Source: a phage | Sequence record: L00023.1 | DNA: 368 nt | Reading direction: 5' to 3' (one strand) | Shown: positions 1 to 368 of the stretch, in pieces | How positions within the stretch are numbered: position 1 is the first letter of the stretch | Layout: each line of letters opens with the position of its first letter | The notes under the pieces: generated by a model | What the model saw: only the letters and a program-made list of their open reading frames with translations | The model's database searches: none | Told to the model about the DNA's origin: nothing | Translations under genes and position numbers: made by a program

Positions 1-82
1 TCAAACACCAGCACGGTGGGACGTGGTTCAGAAGGTGTAGCTGCCAGACAAGGTGTATTCCCGTCTGCAGGTTGGTAGCCAT
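1..82 (-). CDS. murI: Glutamate racemase MurI, N-terminal fragment (5' partial; continues beyond window start); reading frame interrupted by an apparent 1-nt indel near 62-67
   Basis: Minus-strand ATG at 82-80 gives MATNLQ. After a one-base frame jump the translation continues DGNTPCLAATPSEPRPTVLVF to the window edge, matching the N-terminus of E. coli MurI as recalled. An alternative in-frame ATG lies at 94-92 (MRQSMATN...). No strong Shine-Dalgarno is evident. The murI start overlaps the btuB 3' end by about 56 nt, as known for this locus. Confidence 0.6.
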   Translation of the reverse strand, partial: MATNLQTGIHLVWQLHLLNHVPPCWCL

Positions 83-122
83 AGACTGTCTCATAATCTT
101 TGTCGAACAGGTTGGCTATTTT
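28..122 (-). CDS. btuB: TonB-dependent vitamin B12/BF23/colicin E outer-membrane receptor BtuB, C-terminal fragment (about 31 codons), cut off upstream at the phage junction; same apparent 1-nt frameshift as murI
   Basis: Minus-strand translation from 122 downward gives KIANLFDKDYETVYGYQPA. After a one-base frame shift it gives REYTLSGSYTF and a TGA stop at 30-28. This matches the recalled BtuB C-terminus and the typical TonB-dependent receptor terminal beta-strand ending in Phe. The reading frame is broken at about 123-128 by lambda core sequence (in-frame TAG at 128-126). Confidence 0.65.
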
Positions 123-129
123 ATACTAA
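115..129. other. Hybrid att core (attL-like crossover region): GCTATTTTATACTAA, 14/15 identical to the lambda common core GCTTTTTTATACTAA; overlap region TTTATAC at 120-126
   Basis: Direct match to the recalled lambda core. The single mismatch (A at 118 where lambda has T) lies in the left core-type half-site. Sequence to the right is lambda P' arm; sequence to the left is btuB/murI, not the lambda P arm. Confidence 0.8.
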
Positions 130-133
130 GTTG
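125..133 (-). promoter_or_regulatory. Core-type Int binding site C' (bottom strand CAACTTAGT)
   Basis: Plus-strand ACTAAGTTG at 125-133 is the reverse complement of CAACTTAGT, which fits the lambda core-type consensus CAACTTNNT, at the right edge of the overlap region. Confidence 0.7.
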
Positions 134-154
134 GCATTATAAAAAAGCATTGCT

Positions 155-167
155 TATCAATTTGTTG
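155..167 (+). promoter_or_regulatory. IHF binding site H' of the lambda P' arm
   Basis: TATCAATTTGTTG matches the IHF consensus WATCAANNNNTTR and sits between core and arm-type sites, as in lambda attP/attL. Confidence 0.7.
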
Positions 168-174
168 CAACGAA

Positions 175-205
175 CAGGTCACTATCAGTCAAAATAAAAT
201 CATTA
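175..205 (+). promoter_or_regulatory. Arm-type Int binding sites P'1-P'2-P'3 (tandem, about 10-bp spacing)
   Basis: AGGTCACTAT (176-185), CAGTCAAAAT (186-195) and AAAATCATTA (196-205) resemble the arm-type consensus (C/A)AGTCACTAT. Exact site boundaries are approximate. P'3 overlaps the int stop codon. Confidence 0.75.
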
Positions 206-368
206 TTTGATTTCAATTTTGTCCCACTCCCTGCCTCTGTCATCACGATACTGTGATGCCATGGTGTCCGACTTATGCCCGAGAAGATGTTGAGCAAACT
301 TATCGCTTATCTGCTTCTCATAGAGTCTTGCAGACAAACTGCGCAACTCGTGAAAGGTAGGCGGATCC
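203..368 (-). CDS. int: Lambda integrase Int (tyrosine recombinase), C-terminal 55 codons plus stop; 5' partial, continues beyond window end
   Basis: Minus-strand translation from 367 gives DPPTFHELRSLSARLYEKQISDKFAQHLLGHKSDTMASQYRDDRGREWDKIEIK with stop TAA at 205-203. This matches the recalled lambda Int C-terminus. By the standard lambda Int numbering (356 aa), the active-site residues are His308 (352-350), Arg311 (343-341), His333 (277-275) and the nucleophile Tyr342 (250-248). Confidence 0.93.
   Translation of the reverse strand, partial: DPPTFHELRSLSARLYEKQISDKFAQHLLGHKSDTMASQYRDDRGREWDKIEIK

Larger units (their letters stand above)
119..368. mobile_element. Phage lambda-derived DNA (prophage left end or transducing-phage att-int segment): core, P' arm, int 3' end
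   Basis: Continuous match to the recalled lambda attP right half and int 3' region up to the BamHI site in int. The left boundary is ambiguous within about 119-123 because of shared bases at the crossover. Confidence 0.8.

Noticed and set aside
1-78. Plus-strand frame-1 open reading frame (SNTSTVGRGSEGVAARQGVFPSAGW-stop) that looks superficially like a Gly-rich tail-fibre C-terminus
   Set aside because: It is antisense to the much better supported btuB/murI readings, has no start codon in the window, and is too short to carry independent signal.
1-94. Minus-strand ORF MRQSMATNLQTGIHLVWQLHLLNHVPPCWCL as a possible small novel protein
   Set aside because: It is the murI N-terminus read through the single-base frameshift. 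After the first residues the true frame is the adjacent one.
68-116. 8-bp direct repeat CAGGTTGG at 68-75 and 108-115
   Set aside because: Both copies fall in coding sequence (Asn-Leu codons of MurI and BtuB). This is a coincidental codon-level repeat, not a recombination or regulatory motif.
1-120. tRNA gene as integration target (common for lambdoid integrases)
   Set aside because: There is no tRNA-like sequence or structure in the left flank. The target is protein-coding DNA.
100-160. Possibility of an engineered Gateway attL site
   Set aside because: The core keeps the wild-type TATACTAAGTTGG and lacks the engineered TTGTACAAA change. The left flank is natural btuB/murI sequence.
104-179. 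9-bp direct repeat CGAACAGGT at 104-112 (host side) and 171-179 (next to arm site P'1)
   Set aside because: A 9-mer repeat in a window this size has a substantial chance expectation, and the host copy does not extend into the arm-type consensus GTCACTAT, so it is not a cryptic arm site.
3-196. Long plus-strand frame-3 stretch without stop codons across the junction
   Set aside because: It has no start codon, is Cys/His-rich with nonsense composition, and crosses the host-phage breakpoint. It is a chance open frame.
120-205. Candidate sigma70 promoters in the AT-rich P' arm (TATAAT-like and TTGACT/TTGATA-like hexamers on the minus strand)
   Set aside because: No hexamer pair has acceptable 16-18 bp spacing with good matches. 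Without a scoring tool this is not supportable as a feature.

Overview
This window is a hybrid phage-host junction, not a novel system. The right part (about 119-368) matches bacteriophage lambda: the att core, the P' arm with its IHF (H') and arm-type Int sites, and the 3' end of int on the minus strand, which encodes the last 55 residues of integrase including the catalytic tyrosine, and ends at a BamHI site. The left part (1 to about 119) is not the lambda P arm. Translated on the minus strand it reads as the C-terminus of the E. coli vitamin B12/BF23/colicin E receptor BtuB overlapping the N-terminus of glutamate racemase MurI. The simplest reading is an attL-type junction from Int-mediated integration at a secondary site near the 3' end of btuB (bfe), or the equivalent junction in a transducing phage. 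One apparent single-base frameshift disrupts both host reading frames at the same point and is probably a sequencing error. All identifications rest on reading the sequence and on recalled protein and att sequences; no database search was run.
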